DNA from: Actinomycetes bacterium
GTDB taxonomy: Bacteria > Actinomycetota > Coriobacteriia > Coriobacteriales > Eggerthellaceae
Direction: 5' to 3'
Length of the DNA: 64,000 bases
Assembly (NCBI GenBank): GCA_023429565.1
Contig: JAEZDJ010000065.1
Coordinates: forward strand, 3,501 to 67,500
Under the pieces are notes generated by a model. That model was given only the letters and a program-made list of their open reading frames with translations, was not told the DNA's origin and ran no database searches. Shown piece by piece: positions 38,764 to 46,544 of the stretch (position 1 is the first letter of the stretch; every line of letters begins with the position of its first letter). Both the position numbers and the translations under genes were made by a program.

Positions 38764-39870
38764 CTATCCACCTGACGGGCCGGAACGACGAACCGCCCAG
38801 GCGTCCAGAAACGAAAGGGTGTCGCCCAGCGCGGCCAAAGCCGTGTCTTCGTCGAGGAAAAACTGGTACTCGTGATGGACCGTCTGTCCGTCTCGGTCAA
38901 AAAAGCGAGACACCGTGGGAACGCCGTGGGCATCCAAGGCGGCAAGCAGGACCCGTGCCTGCGATTCAAACGATCCGGTATTGCCATCGGTCACGTAGGT
39001 TGGCGGAAAATGCTCGGACGCCTGCAACGCTAACGAGACCTGGGCAAGTGCGGCATCATCCCTCCAATCCCGCCGGCCCATATACGCCCATCCGATCTGC
39101 CCAAAAAGAAAGCTGAGGACCGGGTCTTTGACCTCTGCAAGTTCAGCGAGGTCATAAGGCCCGCAATAAAGAAGCATGCCCTTGATGCCGGTCTCTCCCA
39201 AACAGCGCTCGATGCCCATCTGGTCAGCAAGGCGGCAATCGGTCTCGACAGCAGCGTACTGGCCCGCTATCTGAGCTCCGGCGGAATCGCCCGCAAGGCA
39301 GAATGCGTCAAAATCGATGGCATACCGATCCCCATGGACAAGGAGGAAGTCGATGCACTCGCCAACCTGCACGACCGGAGCGGGATAGATCGTCTCGGGA
39401 GCCAGCGCATAGTTCATGACGAAGACGTTGTGGCCCTGCTGAGCCAATGCGCTCGCAAAATTGGCCACATCACCCTTGTCTCCCCCAACGAAGGCGCCGC
39501 CATGCACCCAAAGCACCGTCGCCCGCGGCGTTCCGAAACGAGGACGGTAAAGATCGACGGTGTTCTGCGGAAATCTCGAGGGGTAGACCAAGTCGACCTC
39601 AATCAGGATGTCTTTGTCATCCACAACCCCGCAAGACGACTTCGCATAGGCAGGATCCCTGAAAAGGGCTCTGATGAAACGAGCAACCGGAACAGGAGTT
39701 GCGCGAGTGGCCAAGCAAGCAGCAAGGGCGATGCCCCCAACGAGACCGGCTGAGCCAGCAAGGACCCGCATCCAAAGCGGAGATCGGCCACCCGACAATA
39801 GCCCAACGCTCATGCACACCACCTCAACTCTCATTTGGCATAAGGAGATTGTACCTGAGAAAGTGGGCAT
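38764..39870 (-). CDS. Alpha/beta hydrolase, hormone-sensitive-lipase-like esterase with N-terminal membrane anchor
   Basis: HGGAF (oxyanion HGG) and GDSAGA (GxSxG nucleophile elbow). Hydrophobic N-terminus VLAGSAGLVGGIALAACLA. True start may be internal (about 39771). Confidence 0.8.
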   Translation of the reverse strand: MPTFSGTISLCQMRVEVVCMSVGLLSGGRSPLWMRVLAGSAGLVGGIALAACLATRATPVPVARFIRALFRDPAYAKSSCGVVDDKDILIEVDLVYPSRFPQNTVDLYRPRFGTPRATVLWVHGGAFVGGDKGDVANFASALAQQGHNVFVMNYALAPETIYPAPVVQVGECIDFLLVHGDRYAIDFDAFCLAGDSAGAQIAGQYAAVETDCRLADQMGIERCLGETGIKGMLLYCGPYDLAELAEVKDPVLSFLFGQIGWAYMGRRDWRDDAALAQVSLALQASEHFPPTYVTDGNTGSFESQARVLLAALDAHGVPTVSRFFDRDGQTVHHEYQFFLDEDTALAALGDTLSFLDAWAVRRSGPSGG

Positions 39871-40074
39871 GAAGGGGTATTCGTCCTGGAGGAACCTGGG
39901 GTGGCCCAGATGGCGTGCCGCCAGACGTCGTCAACCCACTCCACACAGCCGGTGCGAACCTTGGCTTGCGGCCTCCAAGATGGCGCCCCAAGCCATCGAA
40001 TCCACCCGCGGCCGCAATTGAAAGCCACGGAGATCGAGAGCGATCCTGAAAGAAAAGGCCGCACTGTCCCCAAC

Positions 40075-40104
40075 TTGAAAAGAAAAAGGTGGAAACGGTA
40101 CACT
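40075..40104 (+). promoter_or_regulatory. Putative promoter TTGAAA-N18-TACACT for the small ORF
   Basis: Hexamers at 40075-40080 and 40099-40104 in a locally AT-richer stretch. Confidence 0.4.
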
Positions 40105-40137
40105 ATGCTTGTAGGCAACTCGAGGAAGGGGCGAAAA

Positions 40138-40341
40138 ATGGACAGACTGACAAGATGGTTTGGAGACGAGGCCACCGCGCCATCAAATCCCAACGCCGCG
40201 ATCCAACGTTGCTGCGAATACGAGGACAGCATGCTTTCGCCGGCAGGAGTGCAAAGGCTGATCGCCCTCTGCCCGGATGGCTATGAATCCATACTCAAGA
40301 CCAAGGACAAGGATCTGCTGGTCGTAGGCACCATCTGGTAG
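40138..40341 (+). CDS. Hypothetical 67-aa protein
   Basis: MDRLTRWFGDEATAPSNPNAAIQRCCEYEDSMLSPAGVQRLIALCPDGYESILKTKDKDLLVVGTIW. RBS GGAAGGGG lies 6 nt upstream, and it has its own promoter-like hexamers. Confidence 0.45.
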   Translation: MDRLTRWFGDEATAPSNPNAAIQRCCEYEDSMLSPAGVQRLIALCPDGYESILKTKDKDLLVVGTIW

Positions 40342-40539
40342 AGCGCCCCACATGCTCGACTATCCTTTCAAACCTTTGCGTTTTGCCAGCATTCTCCCGG
40401 GCCCCTCCCCGTCGCGCTTCGCCCGAAGCGGATCGCCCGAGAGGAAGTCCACGCAGGTTTTCGCTGATCGGCAAAAGGGAAGAAACGCTATACTGGTGCA
40501 ATACCGCTTTTGCATAGAGATCAAAGGAAGAACACTGCC

Positions 40540-41586
40540 ATGAGCATCGACAGCTTTGAGGCGAGCCGCAAGCGCTCGGACGAGATTCGCGCTGAACTGC
40601 CTGTCCACCCAGAAAAGTACACCATGCTGACCGGCGACCGCCCGACCGGTAGATTGCACCTGGGCCACTACTTCGGTACCATCCGTGAACGCGTCGCTTT
40701 GCAGGACCTGGGAATAACCACACGCGTCATCATCGCCGACTACCAGGTCATCACCGACCGCGACACCACAGAGCACATCCAGGACAACGTGTACAACATG
40801 GTCCTGGACTACCTCGCCTGTGGCCTCGACCCTCAAAAAACCCTGATTTTCACCCACTCCGCCGTTCCTGCCCTGAATCAGCTCATGCTTCCTTTTCTGT
40901 CCTTGGTCACCGAGGCCGAGCTGCAGCGCAACCCCACGGTCAAGTCGGAAATGGAGGCATCGGGCCACGCCTTGACAGGACTGCTGCTCACCTATCCCGT
41001 GCACCAGGCGTGCGACATCCTGTTCTGCAAGGGCAACATCGTGCCCGTCGGCAAGGACCAGCTGCCGCACATCGAACAAACCCGCCTCATCGCGCGCCGC
41101 TTCAACGAGCGCTACAGCAACGTGTTCCCCGAACCCGAGGGCGTGCTGAACGATGCGGTCGAGATTCCCGGACTCGACGGGCGCAAGATGTCGAAGAGCT
41201 ACGGCAACGCCATCAGCCTCTGCCTGAGCGACGAGGAGACGACGAAGCTCATCAAGAAATCGAAAACCGATTCTGAGCGCATGATCAGCTACGACAAGGA
41301 GAATCGTCCCGGCGTCTCTGCCCTGCTGACCACAGCCTCCCTCTGCACCGGGCGCACGGAAGAAGATATCGCCTCCGAAATTGCCGATGCTGGCTCCGGA
41401 ACGCTCAAGAAATACGTCGCAGAAAGCGTGAACGACTACCTCGCTCCCATCCGCGCACGCCGCCGCGAGCTCGAAAAGGACATGAGCTACATCAAAGACG
41501 TGCTGCATGAAGGAAACCGCCAGGCAAACGCGATCGCCGAAGCTACGCTCGACGAGGTTCGCGAGGCCATGGGCATGGTGTACTAG
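40540..41586 (+). CDS. trpS: Tryptophan--tRNA ligase
   Basis: TGDRPTGRLHLGHYFG (HIGH) and KMSKS. ATG at 40540 follows AAAGGAAG. Confidence 0.92.
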   Translation: MSIDSFEASRKRSDEIRAELPVHPEKYTMLTGDRPTGRLHLGHYFGTIRERVALQDLGITTRVIIADYQVITDRDTTEHIQDNVYNMVLDYLACGLDPQKTLIFTHSAVPALNQLMLPFLSLVTEAELQRNPTVKSEMEASGHALTGLLLTYPVHQACDILFCKGNIVPVGKDQLPHIEQTRLIARRFNERYSNVFPEPEGVLNDAVEIPGLDGRKMSKSYGNAISLCLSDEETTKLIKKSKTDSERMISYDKENRPGVSALLTTASLCTGRTEEDIASEIADAGSGTLKKYVAESVNDYLAPIRARRRELEKDMSYIKDVLHEGNRQANAIAEATLDEVREAMGMVY

Positions 41587-41640
41587 GCACTGAATTCGCA
41601 CTGTCTCTTCTGCATGTTTTCTGAACCAGATCATCGATTC

Positions 41641-41670
41641 TTGGCACGAGACGGCATTTTAGGATAGAAT
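41641..41670 (+). promoter_or_regulatory. Putative tRNA-Met promoter (TTGGCA-N18-TAGAAT)
   Basis: Hexamers at 41641-41646 and 41665-41670. Same -10 as the tRNA-Val promoter. Confidence 0.5.
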
Positions 41671-41689
41671 AGCTGAGCGCTTTGCACAG

Positions 41690-41764
41690 GGGCCTATAGC
41701 TCAATGGTGGAGCAGGGGACTCATAATCCCTTGGTTGCAGGTTCGAATCCTGCTGGGCCCACCA
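41690..41764 (+). tRNA. tRNA with anticodon CAT (elongator Met, or Ile2 if lysidinylated), CCA encoded
   Basis: Acceptor GGGCCTA/TGGGCCC (G1-C72, so not an initiator), anticodon loop CTCATAA, T arm GCAGG-TTCGAAT-CCTGC. Confidence 0.88.
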
Positions 41765-41774
41765 TCATCATGTC

Positions 41775-41807
41775 AAGCCAGTTCCTTTAGGAGCTGGCTT
41801 TTTTTGT
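41775..41807 (+). terminator. Rho-independent terminator after tRNA-Met
   Basis: AAGCCAGTTCC-ttta-GGAGCTGGCTT followed by TTTTTTGTTGTT. Confidence 0.8.
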
Positions 41808-41942
41808 TGTTCCTAGCCAAGCGTCGACACACGTTCAACAATCCAAGATGAAGGAATGACCGGAGCAGCATCCGTCCCCGCCACACAGCACCACAAAACA
41901 ACCCCATCGTATCCTCCGACATCTGTGCCCTTGATGAACCTC

Positions 41943-41972
41943 TTTCCATCCGCCTCGCCCATTGTTTATAAT
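41943..41972 (+). promoter_or_regulatory. Putative promoter of the kinase/HAD/RLP operon (TTTCCA-N18-TATAAT)
   Basis: Perfect -10 at 41967-41972. Leaves a C-rich leader of about 135 nt. Confidence 0.4.
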
Positions 41973-42111
41973 CGCACGGAGTTCGAAGCGCGATGCCTGG
42001 CATGCAGATCCATGCATCACCGTGCGCACCCCTGCCCCGCACCACCCCCCTGCAGCACCCGACCTGCCCCTCATGACAGACACAGATCAGGTTGTACCAG
42101 AAGGGAACGCC

Positions 42112-43650
42112 ATGGCACAGTACTACCTCACCTATGACGGAGGAACGCAGAGCACGAAAGCCGCCCTGTACCGCGACGACATGACATGCGTGGCCCAACA
42201 CGCCGTGCCGAACCACATCCGATATCCCCAAGCCGATTGGGCCGAAATCGATGCAGACGACTACGTCGAGGCAGTGCGCACCTGTGTTCGCGCCTGCCTC
42301 GAGCAGAGCAACATCGACCCCAACGATGTACGCGCCCTTTGCGGCGATGGGATCATCTGCGGCGTCTTAGGCATCGGGAAAGACGGCAAAGCGGTCACTC
42401 CCTACATTCCCTATCTGGACTCACGCGCAAATGGTATCGCCGAGGAACTGAACGCCCATCCTGATCCGCTGTGGGTCAGCGAAAGCGGCAACAACCGCGT
42501 TGATCCGTTTTACCCCCCGGTGGTTGTGAAATGGCTGCTCGAAAACCGCCCGGGCTTCCGAGAAGAAGTGGCCAAGGTGGTGCCGAACGGCTCCTACATC
42601 GCAGCCCGTCTTGCCGGCCTTTCGGCGGAAGGGGCGTTCATCGACAGCGCCACCCTGTCAGCCTGGCTGGTTGGGTTCGACGCCATGAACAAGCAGTGGT
42701 CCAAAGCCCAGATGGACAATTTGGGCATACCTTTCGACATCCTCCCCTCCATCGTCAATCCTTGGGACGTCATCGGTACCCTGTGCGAGGACGAGGCGCA
42801 CAGCATGGGGCTTCCGGCAGGCATCCCCATCATCGCGGGCGCCGGCGACACCATGCAAAGCAATCTTGGGTGCGGGCTGGTGGAGACCGGCATGGCCGCG
42901 GACGTGGCGGGCACGGCAGCCATGTTCACCGTCATGGTCGACGGCATACACGAGCAGCTCAGCCGAGAATCCAACCTGCTCTTTTCGGTGGGCACTCTAC
43001 CAAACACCTATTTTTACTGGGGCTACATTCGCACCGGAGGCCTTTCGCTGCAATGGTTCCGCGACAAGATATGCGACCGAGCGGACGACCCGGCGTTCTA
43101 CGACGACATGCAGGAACGGGCAGCCGCCGTACCCCCGGGAGCACGAGGCACGCTCTTCATCCCCTATCTCACCGGAGGCACCGGAGAGCTCGCGAACAGC
43201 AGCGCAGGATTCGTCAACATGACATCGAAGAGCGATCAGGCGGAAATGTGGCGCTCCATATTGGAATCTATCGCCTATGAATACCGTTCCCTGACGGATT
43301 CCTTGAACGAATGCGGCATCAGCATCGACAACGTCGTCATCACCGAGGGCGGCAGCAAGTCATCCCTCTGGAACCAGATCAAGGCAGATGTGCTGGAAGT
43401 TCCCACCTACACGCTCCAGAAAAGCGAAGGAGCCCTTCTGGCGAACGCCGTCATGGCAGCCTACGCCATCGGCGACGTGGCGGACTTCAAAGGCGCCATA
43501 GCTCGCTACGTCGAGAGGAAGGACGAGTTCACTCCCGAAAGCACAGCCTGCACGCGCTATCGCACAGCCTTCGGCGTGCAGCAGCAGCTGGTCAAAGAAA
43601 CCATGAAGCCGTCGTTCGATCTCATCAAGGGGCTGCAGGCCCATGAATGA
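42112..43650 (+). CDS. FGGY-family carbohydrate kinase (xylulokinase/ribulokinase-like)
   Basis: MAQYYLTYDGGTQSTKAALY... N-terminal actin-fold phosphate-1 motif; 512 aa; RBS AGAAGGGA. Track ORF starts upstream at TTG 41962. Confidence 0.85.
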   Translation: MAQYYLTYDGGTQSTKAALYRDDMTCVAQHAVPNHIRYPQADWAEIDADDYVEAVRTCVRACLEQSNIDPNDVRALCGDGIICGVLGIGKDGKAVTPYIPYLDSRANGIAEELNAHPDPLWVSESGNNRVDPFYPPVVVKWLLENRPGFREEVAKVVPNGSYIAARLAGLSAEGAFIDSATLSAWLVGFDAMNKQWSKAQMDNLGIPFDILPSIVNPWDVIGTLCEDEAHSMGLPAGIPIIAGAGDTMQSNLGCGLVETGMAADVAGTAAMFTVMVDGIHEQLSRESNLLFSVGTLPNTYFYWGYIRTGGLSLQWFRDKICDRADDPAFYDDMQERAAAVPPGARGTLFIPYLTGGTGELANSSAGFVNMTSKSDQAEMWRSILESIAYEYRSLTDSLNECGISIDNVVITEGGSKSSLWNQIKADVLEVPTYTLQKSEGALLANAVMAAYAIGDVADFKGAIARYVERKDEFTPESTACTRYRTAFGVQQQLVKETMKPSFDLIKGLQAHE

Positions 43651-44296
43651 TCCCCTCATCGTCCGTGCCGCCATTTTCGACTTCGACGGAACCCTCTTCG
43701 ACTCTTCACCCGCCTGGGAGGAGGTGTTGGTCGGATACCTCGACGACTTCGGCGTGCCCGCGCCCGAAGGATGCATCATGGACGAAGTCAAGGCGCTGGG
43801 GCTGCTTGGCGGCGCAAAGAAGTACAGAGAAAGCTACTCTATACCCCGCACGCCCGAGCAGATTGTCGCAAGCTGGCGCAAGGCTATGGGCACGCGCTAT
43901 CGCGAAGACATTCCCCTGCATGCGCACGCACGCACCTATCTTGAAAAACTCAAGGACCAAGGCGTCTATCTGGCGCTGGCGACCGCCATGGAGAGAGACT
44001 TCGTGGAGAGCGCCCTTGAACGCACGGGAGTGGACGCACTCTTCGACCTGGTGGTGACCACCGGCGATCTGGGCGTCGACAAGGGAAGCCCGCGCATTTT
44101 CGAATACTGCATCGAGGCTGGGGCGGCCACAAACGAAACCTCGGTGGTGTTCGAAGACTCCCCCACCGCAGCACGCGTATGCCAAACCGCAGGCATTCCC
44201 GTCATTGGAGTGTTTGACGGGATGTCCGAGCAAGATTTCATGCGCATGCAACCCTATTGCGTGAAAACGATCCGTTCTTATAGCGAACTGCTCTAA
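43643..44296 (+). CDS. HAD-superfamily hydrolase (beta-phosphoglucomutase-like subfamily IA phosphatase)
   Basis: AAIFDFDGTLFDS (DxDGT motif I), ...VFEDSPTAA.... ATGAATGA overlap with the kinase stop. Confidence 0.85.
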   Translation: MNDPLIVRAAIFDFDGTLFDSSPAWEEVLVGYLDDFGVPAPEGCIMDEVKALGLLGGAKKYRESYSIPRTPEQIVASWRKAMGTRYREDIPLHAHARTYLEKLKDQGVYLALATAMERDFVESALERTGVDALFDLVVTTGDLGVDKGSPRIFEYCIEAGAATNETSVVFEDSPTAARVCQTAGIPVIGVFDGMSEQDFMRMQPYCVKTIRSYSELL

Positions 44297-44316
44297 CGCC
44301 AAAAGGAGGCTCACCC

Positions 44317-45630
44317 ATGGGAACGACACACTACGACCCGATCATCTTCTGCCAGACGGAATCCCTCGACCTTGAGGAATTCGTTGTGGCAACCTACCTT
44401 GTCAAGGCCGACACAGCCGACATCCTCATGCGTGCCGGTGCAGTCGCGGTGGAGCAGACCACCGGGACCTGGATGCGCGTGCCCGACGAAACCGACGAGG
44501 TGCGCCGCAAGCATGTCGGGCGCGTCATAGCCGTCTACAACGTGCCCGGATACGAAGTCACCTGCCCCGACCGCACGCGAACCTGCATCATGAAAATAGC
44601 CTTCCCTTGGAAGAACTTCGGGCATCAGCAGCCCGAGATGCTTTCCACCGTGTTCGGAAACATATCCATGACCGAACATCTGCAGCTGCTTGACCTTGAA
44701 TTTCCCAAAACCTTCACCGACGGCTTCGCCGGTCCGCAGTTCGGCGTGCAGGGCGTGCGCGACATCATTGGAGTGCACGACCGTCCGCCCGTGCTTGCCA
44801 TGATAAAGCCCTGCACCGGGATACCGGTCGATGTCATCGAGCGCCAATTCTACAACCTGGCCATGGCGGGGATCGACATGGTGAAAGACGATGAGCTCAT
44901 AGCCGACCCGGAACATGCCCCCTTCTATGAGCGCCTTGAAGCATGCCTGCGAGCCAGCGAGCGAGCCTATCAGGAAACGGGACACCGCACCCACTATCTT
45001 CCCAACATCACCGATCGACAGGATCGCCTCTACGACAAGGCGCGCAAGGCGGTCGAGATGGGTGCCACCATGCTGATGCTGAACGTCCACGCGAGCGGTT
45101 ATGGAACCATGTCGGCACTTGCCGACGACCCGCGCATCAATGTGCCCCTTCTCGCTCATCCCTGCTTCGCCGGAGCGGCGTATATGGGAAGTGACTCGGG
45201 GCTCTCCTCCCACCTCATTCACGGCAAGTTCATGCGTCTCGACGGCGCCGACATGGTGGTCTATCCTTGCGCCTACGGCAAGGTCCCCACCCTGCCCGAT
45301 CGCTATGTTCGCATTGCGCAAAGCCTTCTCAGCGGCTTCAACGGCCTGAAGAACGCCTTCCCCTCCCCCGCAGCCGGCCTGTATCCCGGGCTGGTCCCCC
45401 AGGTGCTGACCGACCTGGGAGAAGACATCCTGCTTGGCGCAGGGGCCGCCATGCACGCGCACCCCGACGGGCTGCGTGCTGGCATCCTCGCGCTCCAGCA
45501 GGCGGCAGAGGCATGGAAGTTAGGGGTGCCTTTGGAAGAGTATCGCCGCGACCATCCCGAGCTGGATGCTTCGCTGAACATATGGCCGGAATTCTGCCCC
45601 GGAAAATCAATCTACGAACTGACCAACTGA
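44317..45630 (+). CDS. RuBisCO-like protein (form IV RbcL homologue)
   Basis: DRPPVLAMIKPCTGIP...AMAGIDMVKDDEL aligns by eye to RbcL GRPLLGCTIKPKLGLS...GGLDFTKDDEN. C-terminal SPAAGL and LLGAGAAMHAHP match RbcL loops. RBS AAAGGAGG. Confidence 0.85.
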   Translation: MGTTHYDPIIFCQTESLDLEEFVVATYLVKADTADILMRAGAVAVEQTTGTWMRVPDETDEVRRKHVGRVIAVYNVPGYEVTCPDRTRTCIMKIAFPWKNFGHQQPEMLSTVFGNISMTEHLQLLDLEFPKTFTDGFAGPQFGVQGVRDIIGVHDRPPVLAMIKPCTGIPVDVIERQFYNLAMAGIDMVKDDELIADPEHAPFYERLEACLRASERAYQETGHRTHYLPNITDRQDRLYDKARKAVEMGATMLMLNVHASGYGTMSALADDPRINVPLLAHPCFAGAAYMGSDSGLSSHLIHGKFMRLDGADMVVYPCAYGKVPTLPDRYVRIAQSLLSGFNGLKNAFPSPAAGLYPGLVPQVLTDLGEDILLGAGAAMHAHPDGLRAGILALQQAAEAWKLGVPLEEYRRDHPELDASLNIWPEFCPGKSIYELTN

Positions 45631-45664
45631 CATTGCCGCAAGGCGGGAGATCAGAAGGGGTGCT

Positions 45665-45702
45665 GGGGCCAGCCGGAGCATGTTCCGGCTGGCCCCTTTC
45701 GT
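45665..45702 (+). terminator. Bidirectional GC-rich terminator hairpin
   Basis: GGGGCCAGCCGG-agcatgtt-CCGGCTGGCCCC followed by TTTCGTT. Lies between convergent genes. Confidence 0.75.
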
Positions 45703-45753
45703 TCGGCATGCCGTTTTCGAACGCCTGAGGGGAACGCGAAACACCTCACGCGC

Positions 45754-45972
45754 TCAACCCAGCTCCTTGAAAAATTCCTTTGCGGAATCGCTTGTCACAA
45801 GCCGTTTGTCTATCAATCCAAAATAGGTCGTTTTCGGAGCAGAATGCTTTTTCTTGCAGGTCCCAATGCATCCGAACTTCAGAGAGCATCCCGCCTCCTT
45901 GGCGCGAGCCTTGAGTTCCTTGGGATCGAAATCGGTGCAACGCTTGCACACTTTGACCTTCTTCATGGGCAT
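45754..45972 (-). CDS. Hypothetical 72-aa Lys- and Cys-rich protein
   Basis: MPMKKVKVCKRCTDFDPKELKARAKEAGCSLKFGCIGTCKKKH... Strong RBS GAAGGAGG 5 nt upstream. Confidence 0.65.
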   Translation of the reverse strand: MPMKKVKVCKRCTDFDPKELKARAKEAGCSLKFGCIGTCKKKHSAPKTTYFGLIDKRLVTSDSAKEFFKELG

Positions 45973-46167
45973 CCTCCTTCAGATCGTGGTCCTCAGCTCC
46001 AAGGCGCCGCGATGTCGCGTGCGTACGCCAAAAGGCGCGAGGGGGTACAGCAAACGCTTCCAACCGTCAACCGCAGATCGAAGGCATATTCACATTCTAC
46101 CGCACACGCTCCTTCTCTTCCCCGTCGTCTCGGCTGGCGTTATTATGGTCATGAGGAGGTGATTTTC

Positions 46168-46311
46168 ATGGTCTATAAAACAGGCGAGAAGCCCGGAAAG
46201 GGAACCTACCGGTGCACGCTGTGCGGAGAGATCGTCGTGCTGGATGACGATTCGGACGCCCTGCCACCGTGCCCCAAGTGCTTCCACACCGAGTACGAGA
46301 AGGTATCCTAG
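46168..46311 (+). CDS. 47-aa zinc-ribbon protein
   Basis: MVYKTGEKPGKGTYRCTLCGEIVVLDDDSDALPPCPKCFHTEYEKVS (CxxC...CxxC). RBS GAGGAGG upstream. Only visible as the tail of a longer track ORF. Confidence 0.7.
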   Translation: MVYKTGEKPGKGTYRCTLCGEIVVLDDDSDALPPCPKCFHTEYEKVS

Positions 46312-46357
46312 AGCACCGTCAAGCGCATCGCTAGACAAGGTACGCCATGAAATCAAA

Positions 46358-46394
46358 AGAACCCGCCGATAAGCCAAAGCTTTCGACGGGTTCT
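46358..46394. terminator. Shared hairpin terminator between the Zn-ribbon gene and tRNA-Asn
   Basis: AGAACCCGCCGA ... TCGACGGGTTCT (one mismatch). T-rich runs on both strands after the stem. Confidence 0.55.
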
Positions 46395-46407
46395 TCTAAA
46401 ATTCAAA

Positions 46408-46482
46408 TGGCTCCCCGGGTAGGATTCGAACCTACAACCCTCCGGTTAACAGCCGGATGCTCTGCCGTTGAGCTACCGAGGA
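46408..46482 (-). tRNA. tRNA-Asn (anticodon GTT), CCA encoded
   Basis: Reverse complement: TCCTCGG-TA-GCTC..GAGC-A-TCCGG-CTGTTAA-CCGGA-GGGTT-GTAGG-TTCGAAT-CCTAC-CCGGGGA-G-CCA. Confidence 0.9.
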
Positions 46483-46516
46483 ATAGTCGCGAACCTCTCG
46501 GAACGCGCAAGTGAAA

Positions 46517-46544
46517 ATTATACCCGAACTGCAGATATGCGCAA
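46517..46544 (-). promoter_or_regulatory. Putative tRNA-Asn promoter (TTGCGC-N16-TATAAT)
   Basis: Minus-strand hexamers at 46544-46539 and 46522-46517. Confidence 0.5.

Noticed and set aside
40342-40539. T-box riboswitch or RNase P RNA fragment upstream of trpS (words GAGGAAGTCC and GGTGCAATACCGC).
   Set aside because: GAGGAAGTCC lacks the flanking P4/P2 context, and only about 100 nt remain before trpS, whereas RNase P RNA needs about 350-400 nt. The T-box-like word deviates from GGUGGNACCGCG. I found no specifier stem with UGG and no terminator/antiterminator pair. An Infernal scan would settle it.
40360-41634. 424-aa minus-strand ORF.
   Set aside because: It is an exact antisense shadow of trpS, which carries the HIGH and KMSKS motifs and an RBS.
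44311-45462. 383-aa minus-strand ORF.
   Set aside because: It lies antisense to the RuBisCO-like protein gene and has no motifs.
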